NCBI GenBank assembly: GCA_963762255.1
Contig: CAVXKA010000001.1
Location: 480,001-544,000 of the forward strand
Direction: 5' to 3'
DNA length: 64,000 nt
From: Candidatus Eiseniibacteriota bacterium
GTDB lineage: Bacteria; Eisenbacteria; RBG-16-71-46; JABDJR01
Below the pieces are notes generated by a model. That model made no database searches and was not told the DNA's origin. It saw only the letters and a program-made list of their open reading frames with translations. A program made the translations under genes and the position numbers. Of this stretch, positions 29,624-42,838 are shown piece by piece (within the stretch, counting starts at the first letter, position 1; the number at the start of each line of letters is the position of its first letter).

Positions 29624-29735
29624 GCGGTTTCCTTTGCAGGCGGTTGTGAGGCCGTCCCGACCGTCTTGACGGCGCGCTTCGACTCTGGAAGGATGCCGCC
29701 CGCGTCGCGATTCCTCGGGAAGGAGCCGAACACCT

Positions 29736-30626
29736 ATGCGTCGGTTAACACTCTATTTTGTAATGAGTTGCATCCTGCTTGCCGGGCCGGCACTGGCGCA
29801 GTCAGCGGACACCACCGTGACCTACGGCTGGGATCATTCGCTCGAGGCGGGACTCGGTTTCACGCAGACCAAGTTCGAGAACTATGCAAAGGGTGGTGAA
29901 AGTTCACTCACCTGGACGTCGTCTCTGGCCTACAAGGCGATCGAGCTTGGGCAGAAGCACGAGTGGAAGAGCGAAGTCGAGGCTCAGTTCGGGCAGACCC
30001 AACTGGGGGGTGGCGACCTGCGCAAGGCCGTCGACCGGATCCGGCTCGCATCCCTCAACACGTGGAAACTCGGGGAGGCGGTGGATCCCTACATCGGCGT
30101 CGAGGCTCGCACGCAGTTCGCCAAGGGCTACGCCTACTCGGCGGATGGCGGCGAGGTCCTGGTCAGCAGGTTCTTGAACCCGCTCGAACTCACCGAGCGG
30201 TTCGGCGGCAGCCGCACGCTGGGACCGGGTTTCGTCACCCGCCTCGGCGTGGCCTTCAACGAGTACATCGTCACCGACACCTACTTCGCCGCCATCGACA
30301 GCCCCGGCGTGAACATGCGCTACACGGACGATCCGGAGACGGCCAAGCGCGAGAAGTTCCGCCTCGACACCGGCATGGAGTCCGTCACCGAATACGAACG
30401 CAGCTTCGAGAACGACCGCTACAAGGTCAAGTCGTCGCTCAAGCTCTTCTCGAAGTTCGAGGACCTGTCGAAGATGAAGGTGGAGTGGAACAGCAAGTTC
30501 ACCGCCAACCTGATCTCGTTCGTGAACGTCATGCTGGAGACGGAGGTGCTCTACGACGAGGACATCGTCAAGCGCACGCAGCTCAAGGAAACCTTCTCGA
30601 TCGGGCTCTCGAAGACGTTCTTCTAG
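29736..30626 (+). CDS. Outer-membrane beta-barrel protein (DUF3078/DUF481-like)
   Basis: Signal peptide ALA-Q; FENYAKGGESS, RKAVDRI, LYDED..TQLKE, terminal FF. Confidence 0.75.
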   Translation: MRRLTLYFVMSCILLAGPALAQSADTTVTYGWDHSLEAGLGFTQTKFENYAKGGESSLTWTSSLAYKAIELGQKHEWKSEVEAQFGQTQLGGGDLRKAVDRIRLASLNTWKLGEAVDPYIGVEARTQFAKGYAYSADGGEVLVSRFLNPLELTERFGGSRTLGPGFVTRLGVAFNEYIVTDTYFAAIDSPGVNMRYTDDPETAKREKFRLDTGMESVTEYERSFENDRYKVKSSLKLFSKFEDLSKMKVEWNSKFTANLISFVNVMLETEVLYDEDIVKRTQLKETFSIGLSKTFF

Positions 30627-30706
30627 CCGCGGCGACCACCTTCCAGCGGCGGCGACCACCTGATGGCGCCCGCGGCTGCGTTCCAGCGCCCGCGGGCACA
30701 AAATGA

Positions 30707-30734
30707 GGAGGGGGCCGTCACGCCGGCCCCCTCC
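30707..30734. terminator. Hairpin terminator between convergent genes
   Basis: GGAGGGGGCCG-6 nt loop-CGGCCCCCTCC perfect 11-bp stem; T-run follows on the minus strand. Confidence 0.65.
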
Positions 30735-30820
30735 GATTCACCCCACATCCCCTACCACCCCCACAATTGTCTGCGTCGCCCGCCCGACACCGGGCGACCC
30801 CTCGCACCTCCATTGTTTGA

Positions 30821-32383
30821 CTAAGCCGTAGCCTCCGCTCCGCGCAGCATCGCCTCCACGAGAAGCGGATCGTGTTTGACTCCCGCCTCGACGCGCAGCA
30901 CGCGCAGTGCTTCCGCCGTGGAGAGGGCCGGACGGTGCGGTCGCGCGCTGGTGAGCGCGTCGAACGTGTCGGCCACCGCGATGATGCGTGCCTCGAAGGG
31001 AATGGTGTCCTCCCGCAGTCCGTGGGGGTACCCCGATCCGTCCCAGCGCTCGTGGTGGTGCCGCACCGCGTTGACGACGAGATCGGGCCAATCGGACTCG
31101 CCGAGAAGCTTCACGCTCTCCTCGGGGTGGCGGCGCACGATCTCCCAATCCGCCGCACTGAGCGGCCCCGGTGTCGCCCAGAGCCGCGCTTCCACTTCGA
31201 ACCGGCCGATATCGTGAAGCAGTCCGGCCAGCGTGAGCTGGGCCAACTCGTCGCCCTCGAACCCCACCCTGGCGCCGATCTCCTCGACCAGCCGCGCCAC
31301 CCGCTGGCTATGCCCGTGCAGATACGGATCCTTCGCCTCGAGATGCAGCACCAGCGTGCCTAGGGTATGCGCGGTCACCTTGCGCTCGGCGGCCCGCTGC
31401 TCCTGAGCGATGAGGGCCGGGACGAGGGCCGAGAGCAGGAAATGCCCGACGCGCAGCGTCTCTTCATCCGGAGCGCCGCCTCCCGGCGCTTCACCGATCA
31501 GAACGAGGCCGACCAGCCGGCCGCTCGATATCAAGGGAACGACGGCGGTGAAGCCTCCGGCGGCAAGCACGCCCAGCTCCAGGCGCAGCCCGGGTACGCG
31601 GGCGAGCCGATCCAGCACGAGCGGGCTGCCGGTCCCTTCGATGAAGGAGGCCAGTTCGCCCGCCATGTGAATGCGGACGCGCTCGGCGAGTCGCCCCGGC
31701 ACGCCCCATGTGGCGCGCGCAGTGAACCAGGTGCCGCCCGCATGCGAGGGAGTCAGGAGGGCCAGCCGCGCGACGGAGAGTTCGGCGCTCAAGTGCTTGA
31801 GCATCGCCAGACGGGTGGCGTCCACGTCCGCCGCGGGTTCGAGCCGCAGGTGAAAATCCACCGCCCGCTGCAGCAAGCCCACGTTGCGCTTGAGTTGACC
31901 GCGCAGCGACAGGATGTCGCGCTGCAGGGAGTCGGCGCGCGTCTCCACCGCGAGTTCTTGTTCGAGAAGCCTGCGGCTCTGCGCCCGACGCTCGACCGCG
32001 CGGCGCACCCGGATCACCGCCTCCTGCCCCGCCATCGGTCGTACCAGACAATCCTCCGCGCCAAGCACGAGCGCCTTGAGCCGAAGCTGCTCGTCCGCGG
32101 CGTCGGCGGTCACCAGCACGGGTACGTGCGGCGCGGAGATCCGGATCGAGTCGAGGATGCGGAATCCCGCCTTGTCGATGAACGAGGCGTCGAGGAGGAT
32201 CGCGCTCGGGCTGCGGTAGGCCAGCGCCAGGGTGATCGAATCGGGCGACGGCGTACGATGCGGGTAGAAGCCGGCGCGCTCGAAGGCCTCGCAGAGGGCC
32301 TCTCCCCACTCGCCCTCCGGCACGGCAAGAACGACCCACGGGGCTTCCGTCCTGGCAACTTCTTCACGAGTCGGTCGAGACAC
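30821..32383 (-). CDS. REC-GAF-HD-GYP cyclic di-GMP phosphodiesterase
   Basis: Atypical receiver, GAF-like middle, HSQRV..HDIG..HHERWDGSGYP..ADTFDA; GTG 32383 with GGAGG. Confidence 0.88.
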   Translation of the reverse strand: MSRPTREEVARTEAPWVVLAVPEGEWGEALCEAFERAGFYPHRTPSPDSITLALAYRSPSAILLDASFIDKAGFRILDSIRISAPHVPVLVTADAADEQLRLKALVLGAEDCLVRPMAGQEAVIRVRRAVERRAQSRRLLEQELAVETRADSLQRDILSLRGQLKRNVGLLQRAVDFHLRLEPAADVDATRLAMLKHLSAELSVARLALLTPSHAGGTWFTARATWGVPGRLAERVRIHMAGELASFIEGTGSPLVLDRLARVPGLRLELGVLAAGGFTAVVPLISSGRLVGLVLIGEAPGGGAPDEETLRVGHFLLSALVPALIAQEQRAAERKVTAHTLGTLVLHLEAKDPYLHGHSQRVARLVEEIGARVGFEGDELAQLTLAGLLHDIGRFEVEARLWATPGPLSAADWEIVRRHPEESVKLLGESDWPDLVVNAVRHHHERWDGSGYPHGLREDTIPFEARIIAVADTFDALTSARPHRPALSTAEALRVLRVEAGVKHDPLLVEAMLRGAEATA

Positions 32384-32546
32384 GCTGCTTCCTCCGATGA
32401 TCAAGATTGAGGGGAGGGAAGGCTCGTCGCCGTCCGGTCACCGAAAGTTTCTCCCACCACCGGCGCCGGTCCCTCCCCCCACGCTCGCGGCGCCGTCCGG
32501 CGGCTAGAGCCGGGTCGGCGCCGAGTGCGTGGCCCCCCTCTTCAAC

Positions 32547-32561
32547 GCAACCGCTGTGCCA
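32547..32561 (-). promoter_or_regulatory. Sigma54 (-24/-12) promoter upstream of the HD-GYP gene
   Basis: Minus strand TGGCAC-AGCGG-TTGC, exact consensus spacing, intergenic. Confidence 0.65.
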
Positions 32562-32857
32562 CGGGCGTGGCCGGTTTGGACCGCGGGCGCGCACGGCGTG
32601 GCCGTACTCGTAATCCACGGCCCACACTGGAGTTGTGCGGAACCCCACCATCGCGCGGAATGCAATGCCGTCGAATTCCACCTCGAATCGCGCGAAACCA
32701 GCCACCACCGGAAGAGGAGACTCCTCTGCGGTCGGGGGTTTTGACCCGCTCATGGGCCCCCGCCCCCATGCAACGCGGGGCGGCCGGCGGAGGAGCCGGA
32801 GGAGTCCGATAACGGGACAGGAACCCTTCGTTCGGACTTTCAGCATGGGGGACATGC

Positions 32858-33709
32858 TTGGACGACTCGCGGTCGCTGTTCACCGATTTCACCGACGAGA
32901 CGCGGAATGTAATGCCGTCGCATTACTTCATGATGCGGTCATTCCTGCACTCGCGAGTGGAGACTGGCGAACTTTCCGACGCAGAGGGCGGGGCAGAGAG
33001 CGTCGACGCCTACCTCGCCCATCTCCTCCAGTCCTTCAACGATCCCGAGCGGGCGGAGAGTGCCAAACCCTATCTCCATCGCTACGACCAGGAGGCGCTC
33101 GGGCGGCTGTCCCGATGCACGGACGCGCGACTGAAGTACAAGATCTGCAAGACCGACACGGACTTCCTCCTGGTCTCCGTCGGAATCTTCGATAACCCAG
33201 GTCAAGCGCTCATGCAGAAGCTGCACGCAGGCCCGGCGGCGCGGCGCATTCAGGAGCCGGCCGAAGAGGCCGGCATCTCGCGCGGGCCGGCGCACTACCG
33301 GTTCACCTACCAGTACAGCCAGTTGGTGCCGCGCCGGCGACCGGACTTGAGCGAGGTGATGGACAAGCTCTCGCGCGGGCTCGACCGGTACACGCGAATC
33401 CTCGCCCACTTGCGCGGCGAGTACGTTGACATCGTGGAGCAGTTGGGGCGGGGCGAGATCTATCACTTGGAGCGGACGGTGAACGCGGAAGAGCGGCGCG
33501 AGAAGCTCCTCGAGCGACAGGACGAATTCCTGGACGCCTTTGCCGGTTGGCGGCGAACGGGTGGCGGCTCCGCCCGCGCGCGCCTCGACCAGGCTATCGA
33601 GGCGCTCCAGGCGCTGGATCCGGAGTTCAAATTCGATGTCGACGTCCATTCGGGCGCCGAGAAGCAGAGGCGCGGGAACCGCCCGAGGAGGGGCGCCGCG
33701 GCCGCCTGA
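32858..33709 (+). CDS. Hypothetical protein
   Basis: 283-aa ORF with host-like codon usage filling the gap before guaB; no motif recognised. Confidence 0.65.
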   Translation: MDDSRSLFTDFTDETRNVMPSHYFMMRSFLHSRVETGELSDAEGGAESVDAYLAHLLQSFNDPERAESAKPYLHRYDQEALGRLSRCTDARLKYKICKTDTDFLLVSVGIFDNPGQALMQKLHAGPAARRIQEPAEEAGISRGPAHYRFTYQYSQLVPRRRPDLSEVMDKLSRGLDRYTRILAHLRGEYVDIVEQLGRGEIYHLERTVNAEERREKLLERQDEFLDAFAGWRRTGGGSARARLDQAIEALQALDPEFKFDVDVHSGAEKQRRGNRPRRGAAAA

Positions 33710-33840
33710 TTGGGTCTCTCTCATCCCGGCCACGGCCGGGACAGAGAGGCCACGCCTCCTCCCACGCACCGAGTACACCTGCACCATCGCGGGGGGAGGC
33801 CCCTCTTGATAAGGCCGGCGTCGCGTCCAGGCGGCGCCGG

Positions 33841-35310
33841 CTACAGCACCTTGTAGTTGGGCGCTTCCTTCGTGATGGCGACGTCGTGAGGATGGCTCTC
33901 GCGCAGTCCCGCGGTCGAGATCTGCACAAAACTGGGTCGGGTCCGCAGCTCCTCGATGGTGCGCACGCCGCAGTACCCCATGCCCGCGCGCAGCCCGCCG
34001 ACCATTTGATACACCAGGTCGTGCAGCGGGCCCTTGAAGGGAACACGGCCTTCGATTCCTTCGGAGACGAACTTCTTCTCGTCCACACCTTCCTGGAAAT
34101 AGCGATCGCCGGAGCCTTCCTTCATCGCTCCGACCGAACCCATGCCGCGGAATACTTTGAACGAGCGGCCTTCGAGGAGAATCGTCTCTCCCGGGCTCTC
34201 GGCGGTGCCGGCGAAGAGCTGGCCGATCATCACCGAGTGCGCGCCGGCGGCCAGCGCCTTCACCACGTCGCCGGAGTACTTGATCCCACCGTCGGCGATG
34301 ACGGGGATACCGTGCTTCGCAGCTTCCTCGGCGCACTGCAACACCGCGGTGATCTGCGGCATGCCGATCCCGGCGACCACGCGCGTGGTGCACGACGCGC
34401 CGGGTCCCATGCCGATCTTGACCGCGTCGGCGCCGGCGGCGGCGAGATCGCGCACGCCTTCCGGGGTGGCCACGTTGCCGCCGATCACTGGGAGATCCGG
34501 ATGCGCGCTCTTGATGCGCGTCACCGCTTCGAGCACGTTCTTCGAATGGCCGTGCGCGCTGTCGAGGGTGACCGCGTCCACGTAGACCTCGCGCAGGCGG
34601 GCCACGCGATCCATGAGATCGGCCGAGATTCCCACCGCCGCGCCCGCGCGCAGCCGCCCGTGGTCGTCCTTGCAGGCGTGGGGATATTCGAGCTTCTTCT
34701 GGATATCCTTGACCGTGATGAGCCCGCGCAGTCTGCCCTCGGCATCCACCACCGGGAGCTTCTCCACCTTGTGCCGCGAGAGGATCTGCTTCGCGTCTTC
34801 GAGGGTGGTGCCGAGCGGAACGGTGACGAGGCCGGTCGAGGTCATCAACTCGGAGACCGGAGCATCCAGGCGGACGTCGAACCGCACGTCGCGGTTGGTG
34901 AGGATGCCGACCAGCGTTCCGTCCGGACGCGTGATCGGCACTCCGGAGATGCGGAATTTCTCCATGAGTCCGAGCGCTTCCCGCAACAGCGCGTCCGGGC
35001 CGAGGGTGATCGGGTTCATGATCATCCCGCTCTCGGAGCGCTTGACCTTGTCCACTTCCTCGGCCTGGCGATCGATGGAGAGGTTCTTGTGGACGAATCC
35101 GAGGCCGCCCTCGCGGGCCAGAGCGATGGCCAGCTCGCTCTCCGTCACCGTATCCATGGCCGCGCTCACCAGCGGAATGTTGAGACGAATCGCGCGGGTG
35201 AGCTGCGTCGAGACGTCGACGGTGCGGGGATGGACGTCGCTCCTCGCGGGGACGAGAAGGACGTCGTCAAAGGTGAGTGCGAGCCCCCGCACCCGAGGAT
35301 GCCCTTCCAT
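33841..35310 (-). CDS. guaB: IMP dehydrogenase
   Basis: [20 protein letters not shown] pair, GPGASCTTR catalytic Cys, ESHPHD. Confidence 0.97.
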   Translation of the reverse strand: MEGHPRVRGLALTFDDVLLVPARSDVHPRTVDVSTQLTRAIRLNIPLVSAAMDTVTESELAIALAREGGLGFVHKNLSIDRQAEEVDKVKRSESGMIMNPITLGPDALLREALGLMEKFRISGVPITRPDGTLVGILTNRDVRFDVRLDAPVSELMTSTGLVTVPLGTTLEDAKQILSRHKVEKLPVVDAEGRLRGLITVKDIQKKLEYPHACKDDHGRLRAGAAVGISADLMDRVARLREVYVDAVTLDSAHGHSKNVLEAVTRIKSAHPDLPVIGGNVATPEGVRDLAAAGADAVKIGMGPGASCTTRVVAGIGMPQITAVLQCAEEAAKHGIPVIADGGIKYSGDVVKALAAGAHSVMIGQLFAGTAESPGETILLEGRSFKVFRGMGSVGAMKEGSGDRYFQEGVDEKKFVSEGIEGRVPFKGPLHDLVYQMVGGLRAGMGYCGVRTIEELRTRPSFVQISTAGLRESHPHDVAITKEAPNYKVL

Positions 35311-35349
35311 GCCGGTCTCCCCCGCGAATCGCGGCGATGCGGTCGCCGT

Positions 35350-36054
35350 CTACTCCGACTCCTCCGCCGGCTTCTCTTCCTTCTCCACGGGCGGCGCCGC
35401 GCTCGGCTGCTTGATCGTGAAGTAGTAGTTGGCGCCCATGCGGAACTCGCCGAACGAGGTGTTCTGGTTTCCCCACTTGTCGAAGCGGCTCGAGTCCTCG
35501 GCGAAGATCATGTGGTAGACGAAGTCCCAGTTGAGGGACACGCCCTTGTCGAAGAGGTACTCGGCGCCCACCTTGCCGTAGATGCCCGGCTTGGTCCAGT
35601 TGAGTCGCTCCGTCCCGCTGTTCGAGTACGCATAGGTGCGGAACGAGTCCTTCACGCCGAGGGAGTAGAGGCCCACACCCACGCCCACGTGCGGCCAGAT
35701 ATGGCTCTCGCCCTTTTGCCTGCGGAACTCGAGGCCCAACGTGGTGGGGACGACGGTGGCGAGGGTGTCGTCGACGCCCGCGCGGTTGTTGGGGTAGGCG
35801 TTCCAACCCCAACCGCTCTCCAAGACGCCGGCAAGACCGGTGGAAAAGTTGTACTTGAAGACAACCTGTCCGATGAAGCGGACGTTGCCTTCGCCGAAGT
35901 CGTCGCCGGTCAGGAACTTCATTCCGCCGAGGCTTCCGCCGACGCTTCCCCTGCCCACGATGTCCGCCGCCTGGACCGCGGGGGGCGCGAACGCCGCCGC
36001 CGACAGAGCCAACACGGTAACGAGAACCAGCCACGCACCGAAGCGCTTGCTCAC
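35350..36054 (-). CDS. Outer-membrane beta-barrel protein (OmpA/OmpW-like)
   Basis: GTG 36054 with AAGGAG; signal peptide VQA-A; PHVGVGVGLY and MGANYYF strands. Confidence 0.75.
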   Translation of the reverse strand: MSKRFGAWLVLVTVLALSAAAFAPPAVQAADIVGRGSVGGSLGGMKFLTGDDFGEGNVRFIGQVVFKYNFSTGLAGVLESGWGWNAYPNNRAGVDDTLATVVPTTLGLEFRRQKGESHIWPHVGVGVGLYSLGVKDSFRTYAYSNSGTERLNWTKPGIYGKVGAEYLFDKGVSLNWDFVYHMIFAEDSSRFDKWGNQNTSFGEFRMGANYYFTIKQPSAAPPVEKEEKPAEESE

Positions 36055-36130
36055 GGGAAATGACTCCTTATCGGGGATCGATCGCACGAGCGGGCTTGAC
36101 GACGGGGATGCCTCAGGTTCAAGGGCGGCG

Positions 36131-36159
36131 AGTATAGGATGGGGTCGCGGGAGTGTCAA
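36131..36159 (-). promoter_or_regulatory. Sigma70 promoter for the omp-guaB unit
   Basis: Minus strand TTGACA-N17-TATACT. Confidence 0.78.
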
Positions 36160-36169
36160 GGAAGCGCGC

Positions 36170-36198
36170 TTGACAGGGTTTAGCGGCTTTTCTACACT
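36170..36198 (+). promoter_or_regulatory. Sigma70 promoter for the tRNA
   Basis: TTGACA-N17-TACACT, back-to-back with the divergent promoter. Confidence 0.75.
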
Positions 36199-36252
36199 CC
36201 CGTGCCCGCTTGAGACTCGGGGGTTTCTCCGGGCCTTCCGCAGGTTTTTGGG

Positions 36253-36329
36253 GGCGGCTTAGCTCAGCTGGTTAGAGCAGCGGAATCATAATCCGCGTGT
36301 CCGGGGTTCAAGTCCCTGAGCCGCCACCA
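36253..36329 (+). tRNA. tRNA-Met(CAT), elongator type
   Basis: 77 nt; GGCGGCT/AGCCGCC acceptor stem, GCGGA/TCCGC anticodon stem with CAT, GTTCAA T-loop, encoded CCA. Confidence 0.93.
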
Positions 36330-36399
36330 TTCATCTTCTTGTGCTGCCGCGTGTTGGAAATCGGGTCCCTGCCCGTCTCCAACATATCTCCAAAACGCG

Positions 36400-36626
36400 C
36401 CACAGGATGTGGCTCCTCCAGGAGCCGCATCGCGGCGTCGACCGCTGCCGGACTGAGGTGCATGTAGCGCTGCGCTGCGCACCAGCACTTGCAGCACCTT
36501 CCGCGTCAGCGGCGAACCGTCTGTCTGGCAGGGCACCCGTTTCCCTTTCAGACGACGGTACGCCATGAGCGCCTCGGCGAGCCGGCCCGTAAGGGGGATG
36601 CGCCGCGGGCGGCCGCCCTTCGGCAT
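36400..36626 (-). pseudogene. Tyrosine integrase C-terminal remnant
   Basis: PKGGRPRRIPLT (catalytic Lys region) and, in another frame, QRYMHLSP (catalytic Tyr); the HxxR box between them is missing. Confidence 0.72.
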
Positions 36627-36738
36627 CGTCGCTGTGCCCTCCCAGACTGGACATCCTCGGGCACGTTCCGGATGGGCCAGACCCGCTGCGGTGAATCAGG
36701 TGTTGGGGGCAGTACCGCCCCCCACCAGCCGCGACGAA

Positions 36739-37453
36739 CTAGCCCCGATGGACTTGGGGGGCACCGACTGCTGCAGGACGCTCCCTCGCCCCGAAGGTGA
36801 TCAACCACAACATCAGCGCCGCCTCGCCGAACAGGAACGGGGTGGCTATCTTGAACAAGACATCGTGGTACCGCGGCCACAGAATCCCCGTGACGCTTAC
36901 GACTACGTATGCAATGCCATTGGCTAGCAGCCAAACGCCGAGCAGGCGGGGTAAGAATCGTGCTCGGTACACCAGTAGCCCAAGAGGGAGAAGCCACAGC
37001 CCCCAGAAAAGCTCGGATGCGAGTACGCCAGCGTGGTCGAAGTTGAGCAAGAGCATGACCATGGCATCGCGCTGTGGCTCATCGTAGACGGCAAGGAAAC
37101 CAGGATCTATCAGGAACTTGAGTGTCGCTACCTCACTTGCCGCGCCAGCGATCGCCAGCGGGGCAACGATTAGGATGGGGACTACCATGAGAGCGGCGAG
37201 TTGCGGTCCGAACGTCCTTGAGAAGGCGATATAGGGCCAGTACGGAGGCGATGAAGAACAACTCGGACACTATCCCCAGCATGGTGCTGGCCCGAAACAG
37301 GGATTGATTCGCCAGGATGTTGCTTGCGGTTGCCGAAGCGTCGCCCGGGACAAAGAGCTTGCCCGGGACGTAAAGCAACACGAATGGCCCGATGAGCACC
37401 ACGGGTAGGTAGAGCCATCCTGCCAGTCGTGCGGTCCTCCTGATTAGGTGCAT
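36739..37453 (-). CDS. DUF4386-family membrane protein (+1 frameshift near 37211)
   Basis: ARLAGWLYL..GDASATASNIL..FWGLWLLPLGLLVYR..GE..LWL; the two ORFs join on removing one base. Confidence 0.75.
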
Positions 37454-37722
37454 CCCTCTCCTCCTCGTGGGCATCCGACCGCTTTCCGGTCAGCCATGCG
37501 CCTCTGGTCGCCTACGCAACGGCCTGCGGTTGGTTGCTCCAATCACAGTGCCACGGTGTCCACCAAACCGGGTCAACTCCAGACCTCGACCCCTTGGCGC
37601 CAGAAGTCGTGAACCATCACCGAGATAGGGTCTTCGTTCCAGATGGCTTCAAATCCCTGAGCCGCCACCATTCAATCTTCTTGCCAGATGCAGGCCTCGC
37701 CGCCGTCCGCTATCCTCGTGCA

Positions 37723-37944
37723 ATGAGCGACGACGCGCACGATCCCCCGGCAGACCCCCCTGAGTCCGCGTGGGAAATCGCCAGACAGGCCGGAGTCGAC
37801 ATGGACCTGCTCGAGGACTGCCTCCGGCTTACGCCCGAAGAGCGGATCCGCGTCCACAGTCTGGCTCTGCAGACAGGGCGGACGCTCCGAGAGGCCCTGC
37901 TGGAGTGGGAGGAACAGCGAAACAAGGCGCCAGCGGCTGAGTAG
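37723..37944 (+). CDS. Small hypothetical protein resembling partners of nucleotidyltransferase TA-like pairs
   Basis: GVDMDLLEDCLRLTPEERIR motif; 73 aa. Confidence 0.5.
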   Translation: MSDDAHDPPADPPESAWEIARQAGVDMDLLEDCLRLTPEERIRVHSLALQTGRTLREALLEWEEQRNKAPAAE

Positions 37945-37963
37945 CCGGCCCACACCCGTCGCT

Positions 37964-39104
37964 CTACGAAACCGCCACCCCCAACCCGCTCCGCCCCAAC
38001 GCCGCCAGGAACGCCCCCGGCTCGATGCACCGCTCCTGCGGCATCGCGCCCTTCTCCGCCACCTCGCCGCGTGCCAGCATCATCAGCACCACCGTCGCCG
38101 GATAGGCCGTGGTGCGCATCATCGCGGAGAGCCCGTGCTCCGTGTCCGGATACTCGATCATCGTGTACACCCGGGTGAACGCTTGCCCGGCCCGAAGGCC
38201 CCGCGCGGTCACCCGCAGCAGGATCGCATCCGGCTCGCCGCGATCCAGCACCGGCCCCGCCGCTGCCGCGAACAGCGCGCGCGGCTTCACCTGTGCGCCC
38301 TCCACCACGACCGGCGCAGACGAGAACAACCCCAACTGCTTCATGGCCAGGATCGACCGCCCGTGCCCCGGATAGCGGATCGTCTTGTAGTTGAGCCGGC
38401 GCACGCGGCCGCGATACGTCTCGGGAAGGGTGGAGACACCGCCCGATGTGTTGAACGCCTCCAACGTGCCGAACGGCGCCGGAAACTCCAGCTCTTCGAA
38501 GTCCCCCGGGCATTCCACGACGCACGGCTCGCCGTTCTCCAGAACCACACCGTCCTCGATGTACTCGTTGATGAGCCCCTCGATGTTGAACACGAGCGAG
38601 TAGTCCATCGGGCCGCCCCGCCGCTGCGGGATCCCGCCCACCCGGATCTCCACGCTCTCGGCCACATCCATCGCGTTCACAGCGTCGGCCGCCAACACCG
38701 ACACCATCCCCGGAGCCAGCCCACAGTCGGGGACAATCGTGATCCCCGCCGAGCGCGCTTCGGCGTCCAGAGCCAATTCCTGCCGCACCACGTCGTTGTT
38801 GCCACCCAGGTCGCAGAAGCTGCATCCGGCCGCGACCGCCGCGCGTGCAAGCCCGACATTGAACCGGTAGGGCGCCATGCTCAGCGCGGCCTGAGCGCCG
38901 CGCAATAGCCGGACCGTGCCCTCGACGTCGGCGGCGTCCCACTGCACGGCCTTCATCCGCGCATCGCCCCAGCGTCCAGCCAACGCCTGCGCGCGCCCGA
39001 AATCCGAATCCGCGATCGTGATGTCGGTCAGATCGCTTCTGCCGGCTCAGATCGAACGAGGCCGCCTGAGCCATGAGCCCCGCGCCAAGGAGCACCACCC
39101 GCAT
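37964..39104 (-). CDS. Saccharopine/lysine 6-dehydrogenase family protein (+1 frameshift near 39037)
   Basis: MRVVLLGAGLM Rossmann start with GGGAGG RBS; DLGGN, CGLAPG, EGLINEY, KTIRYPGH, AMMRTT. Confidence 0.88.
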
Positions 39105-39273
39105 GCAACACCTCCCGTAGAGAAAACCCAAGCAAGCATCGGCCGAAGCACGCCCGCGGCGCAACCCCCGCAAGAGCGCAACCCCCGCAAAGTCACCCCA
39201 CACGATCCTCCAAAGCGCTAAGCTCTCCACCGGACGGGGCATGCGCGCCCCTCCGGGAACGAGGGCGAGAGCC

Positions 39274-40716
39274 ATGCTCGAACAACGGGTTCTGGACTTC
39301 TTCACCCACACGTGTCCGACACAGCCCGGCGACAGTCTTCTGGTGGCGGTCTCGGGCGGCGTCGATTCCACCGCGCTGCTCCACTTACTTCTGGGCGTGC
39401 ACGACACGCTCGGCGTCGCCCTCCAGGTCGCGCACCTCGACCACGGCATCCGCGGTGAGTCAAGCCGAGAGGATTCCCGCTTCGTGGCCGAGATGTGCCA
39501 GGAGATGGGTCTCACCCTCCATCGCCGGCGCGTCGACCTCCTCGCGCGCCACGACAAGGAGGGCGGCTCGCTGGAGGCGCTGGCGCGCCGCGAACGCTAC
39601 ACATTCCTGAGCGAAGCACGCGCGGTGGCCGGCGCCCGTTGGGTCGTGACCGGCCACACCGCGGACGATCAGGTCGAGACCTTTCTCTTGAATCTCTTGC
39701 GCGGGGCGGGGCCGCGAGGCCTCGGCGGGATGCTCCCGGTAGGTCCCGGCTTCATGTGCCGCCCGCTCCTCACCACCTGGCGCGACGAGATCATCGAGTA
39801 CCTCGAGGACGAAGAGCTTCCCTATCGCATCGATCCCACCAACGAGGACGTCACCTTCACGCGCAATCGCATCCGCCACCGGCTGGTGCCGGTGCTCGAT
39901 CGCGAGTTCGGCGCCTCGGTGCGTCCCGCGCTTTCGCGCGCTTCGCAGCTCATGAACGAACTGGATGAGTACTTGAGCATTCAGGGCGAGCGCATCCTCA
40001 GAGCGGCCACCCGCGATGAGGAATCCGTCGGCGATGGGCTGGAGATCCGTCTCTCGACGTCGGTGCTTCGCGAGCATCCCCGCGTGCTTCAGCGTTCGGC
40101 CATCCGCGCGGTGTTCGAGGATCTGGCCGGCGGCCTCGAGGAGTTCACCCTCGCGCACGTGGACGCGATGCTCGATCTGGTGGAGCGCGCCGAGGGCTCC
40201 GGCGCGGTGGACCTGCCGCGCGGGCTCAAGGCCCACCGAGAGCACGACGCGCTGACCGTGGAGATCGCGCCCGAGGCGGCCGCCGCGTATGCCGTCCCCG
40301 AGCCCTCGCCCCCCCTCGACCTCGACCGCACCGGTCAGATCCGCTGGGGGCCTCTCTACATGAAGTGGATCCACGCCGCCCCCGCGGACATGCCGATTCC
40401 GGCCTGGGCCGACACCCCCGGCCACGCCTGCTTCGACCTCGAGGCGCTGGTGCCCCCGGTCTTCGTGAGGGCCGTGCGGCCCGGTGACCGCCTGGCGCCG
40501 TTCGGGATGGAGGGGACCCAGAAGGTGAGCGACCTTCTCATCAACCGGAAGGTGCCCCGCCGCATCAGGACTCGAGTGGCTCTCGTGTGCGACAATGGGG
40601 GGTCGGAAGGCGGCGAGCGGATCCTGTGGGTGGCCGGCCACCGGCGGTCGCGCCACGCGTCGGTCGATCCGGACACGTCTCAAGTCGTTTGTTTTGAAGC
40701 CGAAACGATAGTCTAG
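39274..40716 (+). CDS. tilS: tRNA(Ile)-lysidine synthetase
   Basis: [31 protein letters not shown]. Confidence 0.95.
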   Translation: MLEQRVLDFFTHTCPTQPGDSLLVAVSGGVDSTALLHLLLGVHDTLGVALQVAHLDHGIRGESSREDSRFVAEMCQEMGLTLHRRRVDLLARHDKEGGSLEALARRERYTFLSEARAVAGARWVVTGHTADDQVETFLLNLLRGAGPRGLGGMLPVGPGFMCRPLLTTWRDEIIEYLEDEELPYRIDPTNEDVTFTRNRIRHRLVPVLDREFGASVRPALSRASQLMNELDEYLSIQGERILRAATRDEESVGDGLEIRLSTSVLREHPRVLQRSAIRAVFEDLAGGLEEFTLAHVDAMLDLVERAEGSGAVDLPRGLKAHREHDALTVEIAPEAAAAYAVPEPSPPLDLDRTGQIRWGPLYMKWIHAAPADMPIPAWADTPGHACFDLEALVPPVFVRAVRPGDRLAPFGMEGTQKVSDLLINRKVPRRIRTRVALVCDNGGSEGGERILWVAGHRRSRHASVDPDTSQVVCFEAETIV

Positions 40717-40774
40717 CTTGACGCCTCGAAAGGACTGCGCACGAATGATCTTGGAGAAGGGCGAATCCATTCCA

Positions 40775-42826
<2,052 letters not shown>

Positions 42827-42838
42827 GGGCGACGGCGC

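Larger units (their letters stand above)
36307..37674. mobile_element. Degraded tRNA-integrated island bounded by direct repeats
   Basis: TTCAA(G/A)TCCCTGAGCCGCCACCATTCA at 36307-36333 and 37648-37674; integrase remnant inside. Confidence 0.82.

Noticed and set aside
36253-36329. tRNA-Ile2 or initiator tRNA, suggested by nearby tilS
   Set aside because: The paired G1-C72 and lack of three consecutive G-C anticodon-stem pairs exclude the initiator; the acceptor stem looks like elongator Met, though Ile2 is not fully excluded without tRNAscan-SE
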